From NCBI GenBank assembly GCA_963733055.1, contig CAVTBR010000001.1, positions 576,001 through 640,000 of the forward strand: a stretch of 64,000 nucleotides of DNA, read 5' to 3'. The position numbers and the translations under genes are program-made. Below are positions 1 through 8,900 of the stretch, piece after piece (the first letter of the stretch is position 1; each line of letters starts with the position of its first letter). The DNA comes from Candidatus Bathyarchaeota archaeon. GTDB taxonomy: Archaea; Thermoproteota; Bathyarchaeia; 40CM-2-53-6. The notes below the pieces were generated by a model that was given only the letters and a program-made list of their open reading frames with translations, had not been told where the DNA came from and did not search any database.

Positions 1-2424
1 CGGCGATGCGAAGCGCATTTCGCGAGGAGGAAGCTGAATCCGAGAACTGTCAATTCGAAAGTTCCGGTCGATCTGATCATTGATCATTCGGTTCAGGTTG
101 ATAGTTGGAGCACCCCGAATGCTCTGTCGATGAATTTGGAACGAGAGTATGAGAGAAATTCTGAACGGTATTCGCTCTTGAAGTGGGCCCAGTCATCATT
201 TACCGGCATGAGAATCTTCCCCCCAGGCAAAGGAATCTGCCATCAGGTTAACTTGGAGTATTTGGCGAAAGTAGTTTCCCTTCACGAATCCGACGGAACC
301 TTAGCCGCGTTCCCCGACACATTGGTTGGAACTGATTCGCATACGACGATGGTTAACGGAGTTGGAGTGTTGGGCTGGGGCGTTGGTGGAATAGAGGCCG
401 AGGCCGTAATGTTAGGTGAGCCATACTACATGCCCATCCCGAAAGTTATTGGCGTCAAACTTACAGGCCAACTTCCCGAAGGCGCAACTCCAACCGACCT
501 GGTACTAACGGTCACAGAGGCTCTGCGAAAAGAGGACCCGGTAGGAGCGTTCGTTGAATACTTCGGTGACGCATACCGCGACTTGAGTGTCCCTGACCGG
601 GCGACATTGGGAAACATGTCCCCCGAGTACGGTGCTACTGTCGGTTTCTCGCCGGTGGATGAACAAACAATCGCCTACCTAACCAACACCGGGAGAGGAA
701 GCGACCACACGAAATTCGTGAAAGAGTATTGCCGGAGTCAGGGGCTCTTTTTGGAGGAGAATAGCTCGGAGGCGAACTACTCGAAAATTATCACAATCGA
801 CCTAAGCAAGATTGAACCGTCGATCGCGGGTCCGAGGAACCCGGACGAAAGGGTTCCCCTCAAATCTGCCCCAACTCTAATCGCGACCGTTCTTGAACAG
901 TACAAGAGAACCGGCCCTCCACCGCCTACCGCCGGTAAGATCGCTGATGACGGATACCAACTCAGTCTCCTCCACAATACGCCTAAGGGAAATGGAACAC
1001 CGAACCCCAGTCAGTTGAGTGATGGCTCGATTGTTATCGCCGCAATAACGAGCTGCACAAACACCTCCAACCCCACAGTCATGGTCGGCGCCGGCCTGAT
1101 GGCAAGGAAGGCAGTTCAACTGGGGCTCAGTCCGAAGGGTTTCGTTAAGAGAAGCCTCGCACCCGGCTCGAAAGTTGTCACAGATTACCTATCAAAATCC
1201 GGATTACTCAAAGACCTCGATAAGCTTGGATTCAACATAGTTGGTTACGGATGCACTACGTGCATTGGGAACAGTGGTCCCCTAGCCCCTGAAATTGAGA
1301 AACAGATTCGGGACAGAAACTTGTACGCTGTTGCGGTGTTGAGTGGCAACAGAAACTTTGATGGACGCATCCACCCCCTCGCCAAAGCATCCTTCCTCAT
1401 GTCGCCCATGCTAGTGGTCGCCTACGCCTTGGTCGGCAGAATTGATTTTGATTTCTACAAAGAACCCATGGGCACAGGCAAGGATGGGAGAGAGATATTT
1501 CTAAAAGATATTTGGCCTACGATGAGAGAGATTCGGGAAACAATCTCTAACTCACTCTCACCAGAATTTTATAAGGGAACCTACGGCGCAGCCCTCGTGG
1601 GTGACGAGAAGTGGAATGCGCTTCAATCACCCACAGGCGATGCGTACGTCTGGGATCCGAAATCAACCTACATCCGCGAACCACCATGGTTCGTGAACGA
1701 AAAGGAAATGGTTGCGGACATTTCCAAGGCCCGCGTGCTCGCAATCTTCGAAGATAAGGTCACAACTGATCACATATCACCCGCTGGGACGATTCCGCCC
1801 GATAGCCCCGCAGGGCTTTACTTACAACAGAATGGCGTTCCCAGAACTATGTTCAGCAGTTATGGTAGCAGGAGGGGGAACCATGAGGTTATGGTGCGGG
1901 GTGGGTTCGCGAACATACGTCTGAAGAACATACTCGCTCAGGGGAAAGAGGGCGGGTGGACTGTGCATCAGCCTTCGGGGGAAGTGATGACGATTTACGA
2001 CGCAGCCGCACGCTACATCGCCGAGCAGACCCCGCTCCTAATTCTGGCAGGGAAACAGTATGGGGCGGGTAGCTCTAGGGATTGGGCTGCAAAGGCCGCG
2101 AAGCTGTTGGGTGTGAGGGCGGTGATCGCGGAGAGCTTCGAAAGAATCCACCGCAGCAACCTCGTCGCAATGGGCGTACTACCACTCGAATTCAAAAAAG
2201 GCGAAAGCTGGAAAACGCTAGGGCTCCAAGGAGACGAAGTCTACGAGGTGAAGGGCGTTAGCGAAATCAAGGGATCGAAAACACAGTTAACGGTGAACGC
2301 TAAGGAGAAAACTAAGCAGTCGAGCTTCGAAGTCACAGCCAGGCTGGACAATCAGGTCGAGGTGCAATACTATCGGGACGGCGGAGTGCTTCCGTACGTC
2401 TTCGGGAAACTCGCACCGGCATAA
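1..2424 (+). CDS. acnA: Aconitate hydratase A (5'-partial; gene starts before the window)
   Basis: Motifs GICHQVNLE, DSHTT, SCTNTSNP, GCTTCIGNSG, TTDHISPAG, GSSRDWAAK. The frame stays open upstream of 130 (VPVDLIIDHSVQVD). The AMRSA motif lies in another frame at 3-17, implying a 1-nt indel at TTT 18-20. Confidence 0.96.
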   Translation, partial: RRCEAHFARRKLNPRTVNSKVPVDLIIDHSVQVDSWSTPNALSMNLEREYERNSERYSLLKWAQSSFTGMRIFPPGKGICHQVNLEYLAKVVSLHESDGTLAAFPDTLVGTDSHTTMVNGVGVLGWGVGGIEAEAVMLGEPYYMPIPKVIGVKLTGQLPEGATPTDLVLTVTEALRKEDPVGAFVEYFGDAYRDLSVPDRATLGNMSPEYGATVGFSPVDEQTIAYLTNTGRGSDHTKFVKEYCRSQGLFLEENSSEANYSKIITIDLSKIEPSIAGPRNPDERVPLKSAPTLIATVLEQYKRTGPPPPTAGKIADDGYQLSLLHNTPKGNGTPNPSQLSDGSIVIAAITSCTNTSNPTVMVGAGLMARKAVQLGLSPKGFVKRSLAPGSKVVTDYLSKSGLLKDLDKLGFNIVGYGCTTCIGNSGPLAPEIEKQIRDRNLYAVAVLSGNRNFDGRIHPLAKASFLMSPMLVVAYALVGRIDFDFYKEPMGTGKDGREIFLKDIWPTMREIRETISNSLSPEFYKGTYGAALVGDEKWNALQSPTGDAYVWDPKSTYIREPPWFVNEKEMVADISKARVLAIFEDKVTTDHISPAGTIPPDSPAGLYLQQNGVPRTMFSSYGSRRGNHEVMVRGGFANIRLKNILAQGKEGGWTVHQPSGEVMTIYDAAARYIAEQTPLLILAGKQYGAGSSRDWAAKAAKLLGVRAVIAESFERIHRSNLVAMGVLPLEFKKGESWKTLGLQGDEVYEVKGVSEIKGSKTQLTVNAKEKTKQSSFEVTARLDNQVEVQYYRDGGVLPYVFGKLAPA

Positions 2425-2479
2425 CTTCTGGATTAGCTGAAGGCCGGGAGAACGAAGAGATCTGCCTAGTAGATGTGAG

Positions 2480-2908
2480 TTATCTTGTAAGCGCGAGGGC
2501 GATGGATAGGGAGAAGAATAGGGTTGCGAGAGTAGAATTTACGAGATACCATCTCGGCACCCAACGTTCTCTTATATGGTATCCCCCGCCCCACGACGTC
2601 CAGTCTTCTGGTTTAGGCCAGGTTCCGGCGAAATGGTACCAGGAAATGTCCTCCCCGAGTGGCACCATTATCCACAGCCCGAAGCTGAGGCATACTCCGA
2701 GGAGGTTGGGTTCGAATACGAGAACGGATAAGGGTAATGCTGAGAAGAGGCCGAACATTATGAGGTGGTACTTGGCGAAGTGGTGGAAGAATCTTAGGCG
2801 TAGATGGTCGGCGGGAGGTATGAACCCGTGCTCGATGAAACCATAGATGTAAGCGAACAGGAAACCGAGTAAGATTACTGCAACTGCCTTTACCGCCGTC
2901 ACAATCAT
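2480..2908 (-). CDS. Hypothetical multi-pass membrane protein
   Basis: 142-aa ORF with about four hydrophobic segments and an ATG start, following rtcA on the same strand. Confidence 0.7.
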   Translation of the reverse strand: MIVTAVKAVAVILLGFLFAYIYGFIEHGFIPPADHLRLRFFHHFAKYHLIMFGLFSALPLSVLVFEPNLLGVCLSFGLWIMVPLGEDISWYHFAGTWPKPEDWTSWGGGYHIRERWVPRWYLVNSTLATLFFSLSIALALTR

Positions 2909-2969
2909 ATCGGATTCCTCACCGACGTGGTTCGATGGCCGGTATTTTATTTCTACGTTGAACGCCGGG

Positions 2970-4031
2970 CTAAGGTTTCAACGCGATTCCATTCACCGCT
3001 ATTCTGCCGGGATGGTGCCATTCCCCTTCGACCTCGAATTTGATTTCGGCGATCATCTCGGCGACCTTAATGTTGGTTAGGGTGTGCATTGTGATTTCTG
3101 AAACTTGAATTGTCGACCGGCCCTCGGCGACTGCCATGTAGGGGATTAGGATGTCACCCATATGCCGATCCACGGGCGCTTTCGAAGCTAATTCCGTAAT
3201 CAATTTGGTTGCGGCCTCCTCCCCCACCGCTTCCGCCGGTTTACCCTTTTCTCCCAAGCTATCCGAACCCACTATCGCTCCGTTACCGAATTTCGCCAAT
3301 AACGTAACCCCGCTTCCAGGTGCAATATGCGGATCTTGGTTGGGGAGGTAGGTTTCGTTGGCAATATTCACCTGGGTGAAACCTTCTGAATTCAGTCTTT
3401 CCTTCGCGGCGTTCGTTTGTCTTTGGGCTACGTGGCTTGAGAGTCGGACGCAGTGGCTGATTCCCTCGATTCCCAACAGCTCTCCTCTTTCTATGAAGTT
3501 GGTGGCTTTGAGGGTTCGGGGTGGGTCTATGAAAATGGTTGCGTGGCCCCCACCTTTCGGATAGTGACCTCGGCGATCTACTTGGATGGTTGCCTGGTAC
3601 CCCATGTGTTGTAGTAGGGGGAGTTGGATTAGGCGAACGTAGTCTATGGTTGGGCTCCACCGCACATCCGTTCCACCCGTCAGGTCTAAGCTCACCCGGG
3701 TGGGTGCGTAGGCGGCCGCGGGCATGAGCGCTTGCAAAATCAACGGAATGCTACCGGCCGTGCCCACATCAAAACTCAACCGGCCCCCAACGTAACCCTG
3801 GGGGTTGAAGGTTAGTTCCCGTGAACCCGGGGTTAGGCCCATGGTTTCGGCGTTGCAAATGGCGGCGACGGCTTTCACGGCGACAACGTGCTGAGCCTGC
3901 AGGCCGGGGTTGGGGCGCTTGTCGCGGATCTTGGTGAGTTTGACGGGTTTTCCGGTGAGGGCGGATAGGGCTATGGTGGTTCGAACAATCTGGCCCCCAC
4001 CCTCCAACAGATCTCCGGATATTTCGAGCAT
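2970..4031 (-). CDS. rtcA: RNA 3'-terminal phosphate cyclase
   Basis: LEGGGQIVRT, RPNPGLQAQH, GGTDV, RRGHYPKGGG and DRHMGD (catalytic His) motifs. Start trimmed to ATG 4031 (MLEISG) because the listed Pro-rich extension is low-complexity. Confidence 0.95.
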   Translation of the reverse strand: MLEISGDLLEGGGQIVRTTIALSALTGKPVKLTKIRDKRPNPGLQAQHVVAVKAVAAICNAETMGLTPGSRELTFNPQGYVGGRLSFDVGTAGSIPLILQALMPAAAYAPTRVSLDLTGGTDVRWSPTIDYVRLIQLPLLQHMGYQATIQVDRRGHYPKGGGHATIFIDPPRTLKATNFIERGELLGIEGISHCVRLSSHVAQRQTNAAKERLNSEGFTQVNIANETYLPNQDPHIAPGSGVTLLAKFGNGAIVGSDSLGEKGKPAEAVGEEAATKLITELASKAPVDRHMGDILIPYMAVAEGRSTIQVSEITMHTLTNIKVAEMIAEIKFEVEGEWHHPGRIAVNGIALKP

Positions 4032-4252
4032 GGTTGCCGTGGGGGGCGGATGGTTTGGGGGTTTGTATTGTTTGTGCGTGAGCGCATGGGGGAGAGCGAT
4101 TGCTGTTTTTCCACTAGGTGGAAAGGGGGCTGTTGCGACTGGTGGGGGTGGGGGGGTGTAGTTTTCTGGGGCAAACATGTTACTGTGCAGAGAGTGTTCG
4201 CGTCTTCAGGGTTTGGATTCTTAACGGCATCGAGATGAATAATGTGGCGAAG

Positions 4253-4420
4253 TTATTTTTCGACGGCTACGTCTATGTAGGTTTCAGCATCGTAAAGGAT
4301 TCCCTCTAACCCTCTGTGTCGACCGCTCTTCATGACGAGCCTCGGTTGGGACATTTTTCTGGCGAGGTAGATTATTCGTTTGCCCACGATGCCATCTCCC
4401 TCACCGATGAGAGTTGTCAT
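4253..4420 (-). CDS. Possible 55-aa small protein or gene remnant coupled to the RHH gene
   Basis: ATG overlaps the stop of 4417..4770 as ATGA; reads MTTLIGEGDGIVGKRIIYLARK...VAVEK*. Confidence 0.3.
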   Translation of the reverse strand: MTTLIGEGDGIVGKRIIYLARKMSQPRLVMKSGRHRGLEGILYDAETYIDVAVEK

Positions 4421-4770
4421 GAGGTCTCGCCTTTTGACTTGTGAATCTTGCCGGAATCAATCATGCGTTTGATTGCTTCTAGAGTTGTGCGGAGATCCAG
4501 GCCGAGTTCTTCAGCTATTTCGGAAGCAAAGTGTGAGCCTGGGTGCTTGGTTAGGTAGCCGTCGATAAGTTTCTCGGCGTGGGGACGCGAGGTGTCGCGA
4601 AGGGCGATTGGTTCGGCTTCTCTCAACTTGTCCCTTACCGCTTCCCTGGCGAAGTCGGCTGCGCTTCTGAAGATGCCGGCGTCAATCATTTCTTCTATTC
4701 TTCCATACTCTGATTGTGTGAGCCTCACCGCGATCTGGTAGGCTTGCTCCGTTCTAGACATAGTAGTCAC
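4417..4770 (-). CDS. Ribbon-helix-helix (CopG/Arc/MetJ-like) plus winged-HTH DNA-binding protein
   Basis: IAVRL...IEEMIDAGIFRSAADFAREAVRDKL fits archaeal RHH; FASEIAEELGLDLRTTLEAIKRMIDSGKI fits wHTH. Confidence 0.75.
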   Translation of the reverse strand: MTTMSRTEQAYQIAVRLTQSEYGRIEEMIDAGIFRSAADFAREAVRDKLREAEPIALRDTSRPHAEKLIDGYLTKHPGSHFASEIAEELGLDLRTTLEAIKRMIDSGKIHKSKGETS

Positions 4771-4790
4771 GCGTTGATTGTGCTACCAGG

Positions 4791-4808
4791 CGGTATATAT
4801 CTGTACCG
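4791..4808 (-). promoter_or_regulatory. TATA box (ATATATA) embedded in inverted repeat CGGTA-N8-TACCG; candidate autoregulatory operator
   Basis: Plus-strand cggtatatatctgtaccg lies 20-40 nt upstream of the RHH gene start. Confidence 0.45.
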
Positions 4809-4865
4809 TGGAAAAGGTGGCGGGTAGATGGGGGGGTTGCGGCCGTTGGGGGGCCGCGTGTTGTT

Positions 4866-5951
4866 TTATGGGTATGTTCGGGTGGTGCGGTGGATGAGTT
4901 GGGTTAGGTTCGCAGGGTTGACGGTTGGTAGTTGTATGTAGGTTAGGGCGCGGGTGCCGGTTAGGGTTGCGAGGCTGAGGGTTGAGAGGATGAGGTTGGT
5001 TGTTGCGAACGCGAGTAGGTTCAATGAGCCGGTTGCGTAGGCGGCGACGATCATTATTGTGCTGGCGGTGAGCCAGAGGGTTGAGGGGGTGAGGGTTAGG
5101 TGTGTTAGGTTGCGGCGTTTGATTAGTCGGGTTGTGATGTATGCGACTGGGGCGACGTATACGAGGCCGATTAGGGAGGCGGCGACTAGGCCGGCGGTTA
5201 TGGCGGCGGCTTCGGTGCTGATTGGGGCTATGAAGCCGTATGTGTAGTAGGAGGCGTATAGTATGCCGAGTAGTGGGATGACTGTGGTTTGGATGGCGGT
5301 GTATGCGTAGGGGTTTGTTGCGGCGGAGTAAGTGGCCGACGGGGCCCAGCTGTAGTACCAGGCGTTGAAGGTGGTTAGGAAGGTGCGGCCGGCGGTTGTG
5401 TTCTCGATTTGGTTGTTGCGGAAGTTGCGGAGGAATTGGGCGTAGGGTTGAAGCCTGTTACCGTTGGTCACGTAGCTGACCGGGCAGTTCGTCGTGCCCG
5501 TCACACCTTTCTGGGTTACGAGATTTGTGTAGGTGGCGGTGCTGGTTGAGGTGGAGGAGACGGTGGAGATGGCGGTGTTGCTGCTGGTTTGTGTGCGGGT
5601 GTAGATTGTGGAGTAGCTTGTGGTGGTTAGGGTCGTGCTGATGGTGCTGGTGTAACTGAAGAACGTGGAGGTGGTGGTGGCGGTTGTTGAAGTTGTTGAG
5701 CTGGATATGCTGGTGGATACTGTCGTGCTCGTAGATGATACTGTTGAGACACTGGTGCCAGTGTATTGGTAGCTGGTAGTGGAGCTTAGGGGAGGAGTCG
5801 AGACACAGCCGTTGATGCCGCAAGTTCCCGTAGCCACCGCTAAGTTCGCGGGGGAGCTAGTAGCCATCAAGGCGGCTAGGATGCCGACCATGAGTAGTAG
5901 GGCGACGGCTAGGGTTCGAGGATTCAATCTGCTCATCTTGTCAGGTTTCAT
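4866..5951 (-). CDS. Secreted Thr/Ser-rich protein with CFI-box-CTERM-like domain and C-terminal TM helices
   Basis: Signal-like hydrophobic N-terminus, then a ~100-aa T/S tract. CPVSYVTNG..PYAQFLRNFRNNQI..T.AGR.F...FNAWYYSWAP matches the CFI-box-CTERM pattern. ATG at 5951 overlaps the giant gene stop (ATGA). Confidence 0.8.
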   Translation of the reverse strand: MKPDKMSRLNPRTLAVALLLMVGILAALMATSSPANLAVATGTCGINGCVSTPPLSSTTSYQYTGTSVSTVSSTSTTVSTSISSSTTSTTATTTSTFFSYTSTISTTLTTTSYSTIYTRTQTSSNTAISTVSSTSTSTATYTNLVTQKGVTGTTNCPVSYVTNGNRLQPYAQFLRNFRNNQIENTTAGRTFLTTFNAWYYSWAPSATYSAATNPYAYTAIQTTVIPLLGILYASYYTYGFIAPISTEAAAITAGLVAASLIGLVYVAPVAYITTRLIKRRNLTHLTLTPSTLWLTASTIMIVAAYATGSLNLLAFATTNLILSTLSLATLTGTRALTYIQLPTVNPANLTQLIHRTTRTYP

Positions 5952-8900
5952 GTGAACAACCTCCTGAGTAACATCGGGATTAGTAACAGTAACGCCGCCA
6001 AGAGGCCGGTGCCGTCGATGCCGGGGACGGGGTTGAATGGTGTGGGTTGAGTTTGGAAGCCACAGGGCAGAGGCCCGCATGGCACGGTTGTGAATTGGGT
6101 TGTTGTGGAGTAAGTGACCGTGGTTTGCGTGTTGGTTGTAGAGCTGGTTGAGGTTATGACGGTGGTGGTCTGGCCGGAGACGGTGCTGACGGTGAAGTGG
6201 GTGTAGGTTGTGAAGAATATGCCCGTTGTACTGACGGTTGTGGATGAGAAGCTGAAGGTCGTGGCGACACTGGTTGTTGTAGAGCTCTGGGAGGTGGTTG
6301 TGGTAGCTGAACTTGTTGTTGTGCTGTACGTTGTGATTGTGCTTGCGAGGGTGACGCCGAGGAAGTTGGAAGCGAAGTCAAGGCTAGTGCCAGTGCAGGT
6401 TGGGGGACTGGAAGTTGTCTGTGCAGTGGGTGGGGTGCTGCACGCGGTTACCGTGATCAGGTAATAGCCCCCAGGCGCGTTGGGAGCCACATTGAACGCC
6501 CCAGCAACGTATCCGCTACCGATGGTACAGGTTACGGGATGGGTTAAGTCGAATAACGCGCCTGAGTTTGCGTCTATAGTGCAGTACCTGTCCTGCGGGT
6601 TGAAGCCGGCACCTGCAACCCCTACCGCCAGACCCTGTTCTACGCTGGCAGGATTCAATTGTATCAGGGCGGATGGTGAGCCTACTGTGAAGACGGCGGA
6701 CGCATTCGAACCCGTGTTATCTCCGACCTCGATGGCGTATGTGCCCGCAATAGCTGTTGAGGGTACGACGACGGAGCCCGAGACTTGGCCGAAGGGGTCA
6801 AGGGCGCAGCTCGGCTTGACTGTGGAGGCGTTGAATGATGGGATTACGGTGGCATTGCAGCGGGTGGCGTCCGACTCGAAACCTGTGCCGGTGTAGGTGA
6901 AGACTGAGTTGATTGTTCCGGATGTTGGGACGACGGTTATTTGGGCGGTTACGCCGAACGGTGCACCGATCGGGTGGCCTGGTGAGGCGGATAGGAGGTC
7001 GCTTGCGGGTGTTCCCTTTACGGTCACGTTCCAGTGAATGTCTTCAGTGGCGTACGGGCTGACCACGAAGGTGCCTTGTGCGGTCTGCGGGGCAGTGATG
7101 GAGCAGGTTGGGGAAGTTATCAGCGTATTATCCTGATCCGCCGGAGTAATGTCACCCTTGTAAGCTAAGATAATGCATCCCGTATCTGACGTCGACAGAC
7201 CATACGCCCTCACTACAACCGTCGCACCAGTAGTAGCGTTGGTTGGATAGAGATCGATTTCGGACACACCAGGGATGACGGTCAGAACGGCTTGAGCAAA
7301 GTCTCCCACGCTTGGAGCGCACCCATTGTTGCCGTTGCAACCCGTGATTTCAATCACATACTGACCCGGCGCAACCGCCGCGATGATGAAGCTGGCGTTA
7401 ACGTTGCCCGTTCCGACGGTGATAGCGCACCCAGACGATCCCGGAAGGATCGGGTTGGGAAGGCTGGGGCTGCTGACCGAGCATGACTGGTCCGTTGGGA
7501 GGAACCCAGTACCATTAACCACAATCTCCGACCCAATCACACCCGAAAGGGGCCTCAAGGAAATCTTAGGCCCACCCACAACTTTGAGATTGGCTTGCGC
7601 GAAGTCGCCGATGCTCGGAGCGCAGCCGTTGTTTCCGAGACAACCCGTAATCTCGATTACGTATTGCCCCGGGAGTACGTTTCCAATCGTGAAACTACCG
7701 TTAACGAGCCCAGTACCGACGCGAATAGTGCAGCTCGCTGAACCGGGCAAGATTGCGCCATGACCATTCGAGTCAAGCCCGACGGTTGAGACAGTGCAAC
7801 TTGTATCGGTGGGGAGGAAGCCAGTACCGTTGACTATGACATCCGTACCAGGCGAACCAGTCGACGGCCTCAAACTAATGCTAGGACCACCCACCACATT
7901 CAACACCGCCTGCGCAAAATCACCGACGCTTGGAGTGCATCCGTTGTTGCCGAGGCATCCAGTAATCTCGATTACGTATTGGCCGGGGAGCACATTACCG
8001 ATCGTGAAACTACCGTTAACGAGCCCTGTACCAACCCTTATGGCACAACCCGCGGAACCCGGCACAATTGCACTATGGCCGTTGGCGTCAAGCCCAACAG
8101 TTGAGATAGTACAGCTCGTGTCTGTGGGCAGGAACCCAGTACCATTAACGAGAACATGCGCACCCGGTGGACCAGACGACGGCCTCAAACCAATGTTAGG
8201 ACCGCCTACCACGTTGAGGATAGCTTGCGCGAAGTCGCCCGCGCTTGGAACGCAGCCATTGTTTCCGAGACAACCCGTAACCTCGATAATGTATTGTCCG
8301 GGGAGTACGTTTCCAACCGTGAAGCTTGCATTAACGACTCCGCTACCAACAGCTATTGCACAACCCGCCGTACCGCCCAAGATTGGGCCATGCCCATTAG
8401 CGTCAAGCCCGACGGCTGAAACACTGCAACTCGTATCTGTGGGCAGGAACCCAGTACCATTAATCTGAATATGCGCGCCAGGCTGACCGGTCGACGGCCT
8501 CACGCTAATCCTTGGCCCATTCACTACGTTCAATACTGCTTGTGCGAAATCACCAACGCTTGGAGCGCAGCCGTTGTTGCCTTGGCAGCCTGTAACCTCA
8601 ATCACATACTGTCCGGGGAGAACGTTTCCGATTGTGAAGCTACCATTGACGGCTCCACTACCAACGCTTATTGCACAACCCGCAGTGCCCCCCAAGATTG
8701 GGCTATGACCATTGGCGTCAAGCCCCACAGCCGAGATAGTACAACTACTGTCGGTGGGCAGGAACCCAGTACCATTAACGAGAACATGCGCACCCGGTTG
8801 ACCAGACGACGGCTTTAAGCTAATTATTGGACCACCTAACACATTCAAGACTGCTTGCGCGAAATCGCCGGCGCTTGGAGTGCAGCCGTTATTCCCAAGA

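Noticed and set aside
2475-2846. 123-aa plus-strand ORF
   Set aside because: Antisense to the more plausible membrane-protein gene 2480..2908.
4032-4178. Pro-rich N-terminal extension of RtcA
   Set aside because: Low-complexity C/A-rich upstream sequence; family homology begins at ATG 4031.
5952-6080. Extended 5' end of ORF 4866..6080 overlapping the giant gene
   Set aside because: ATG 5951 gives an ATGA overlap and a proper signal peptide.
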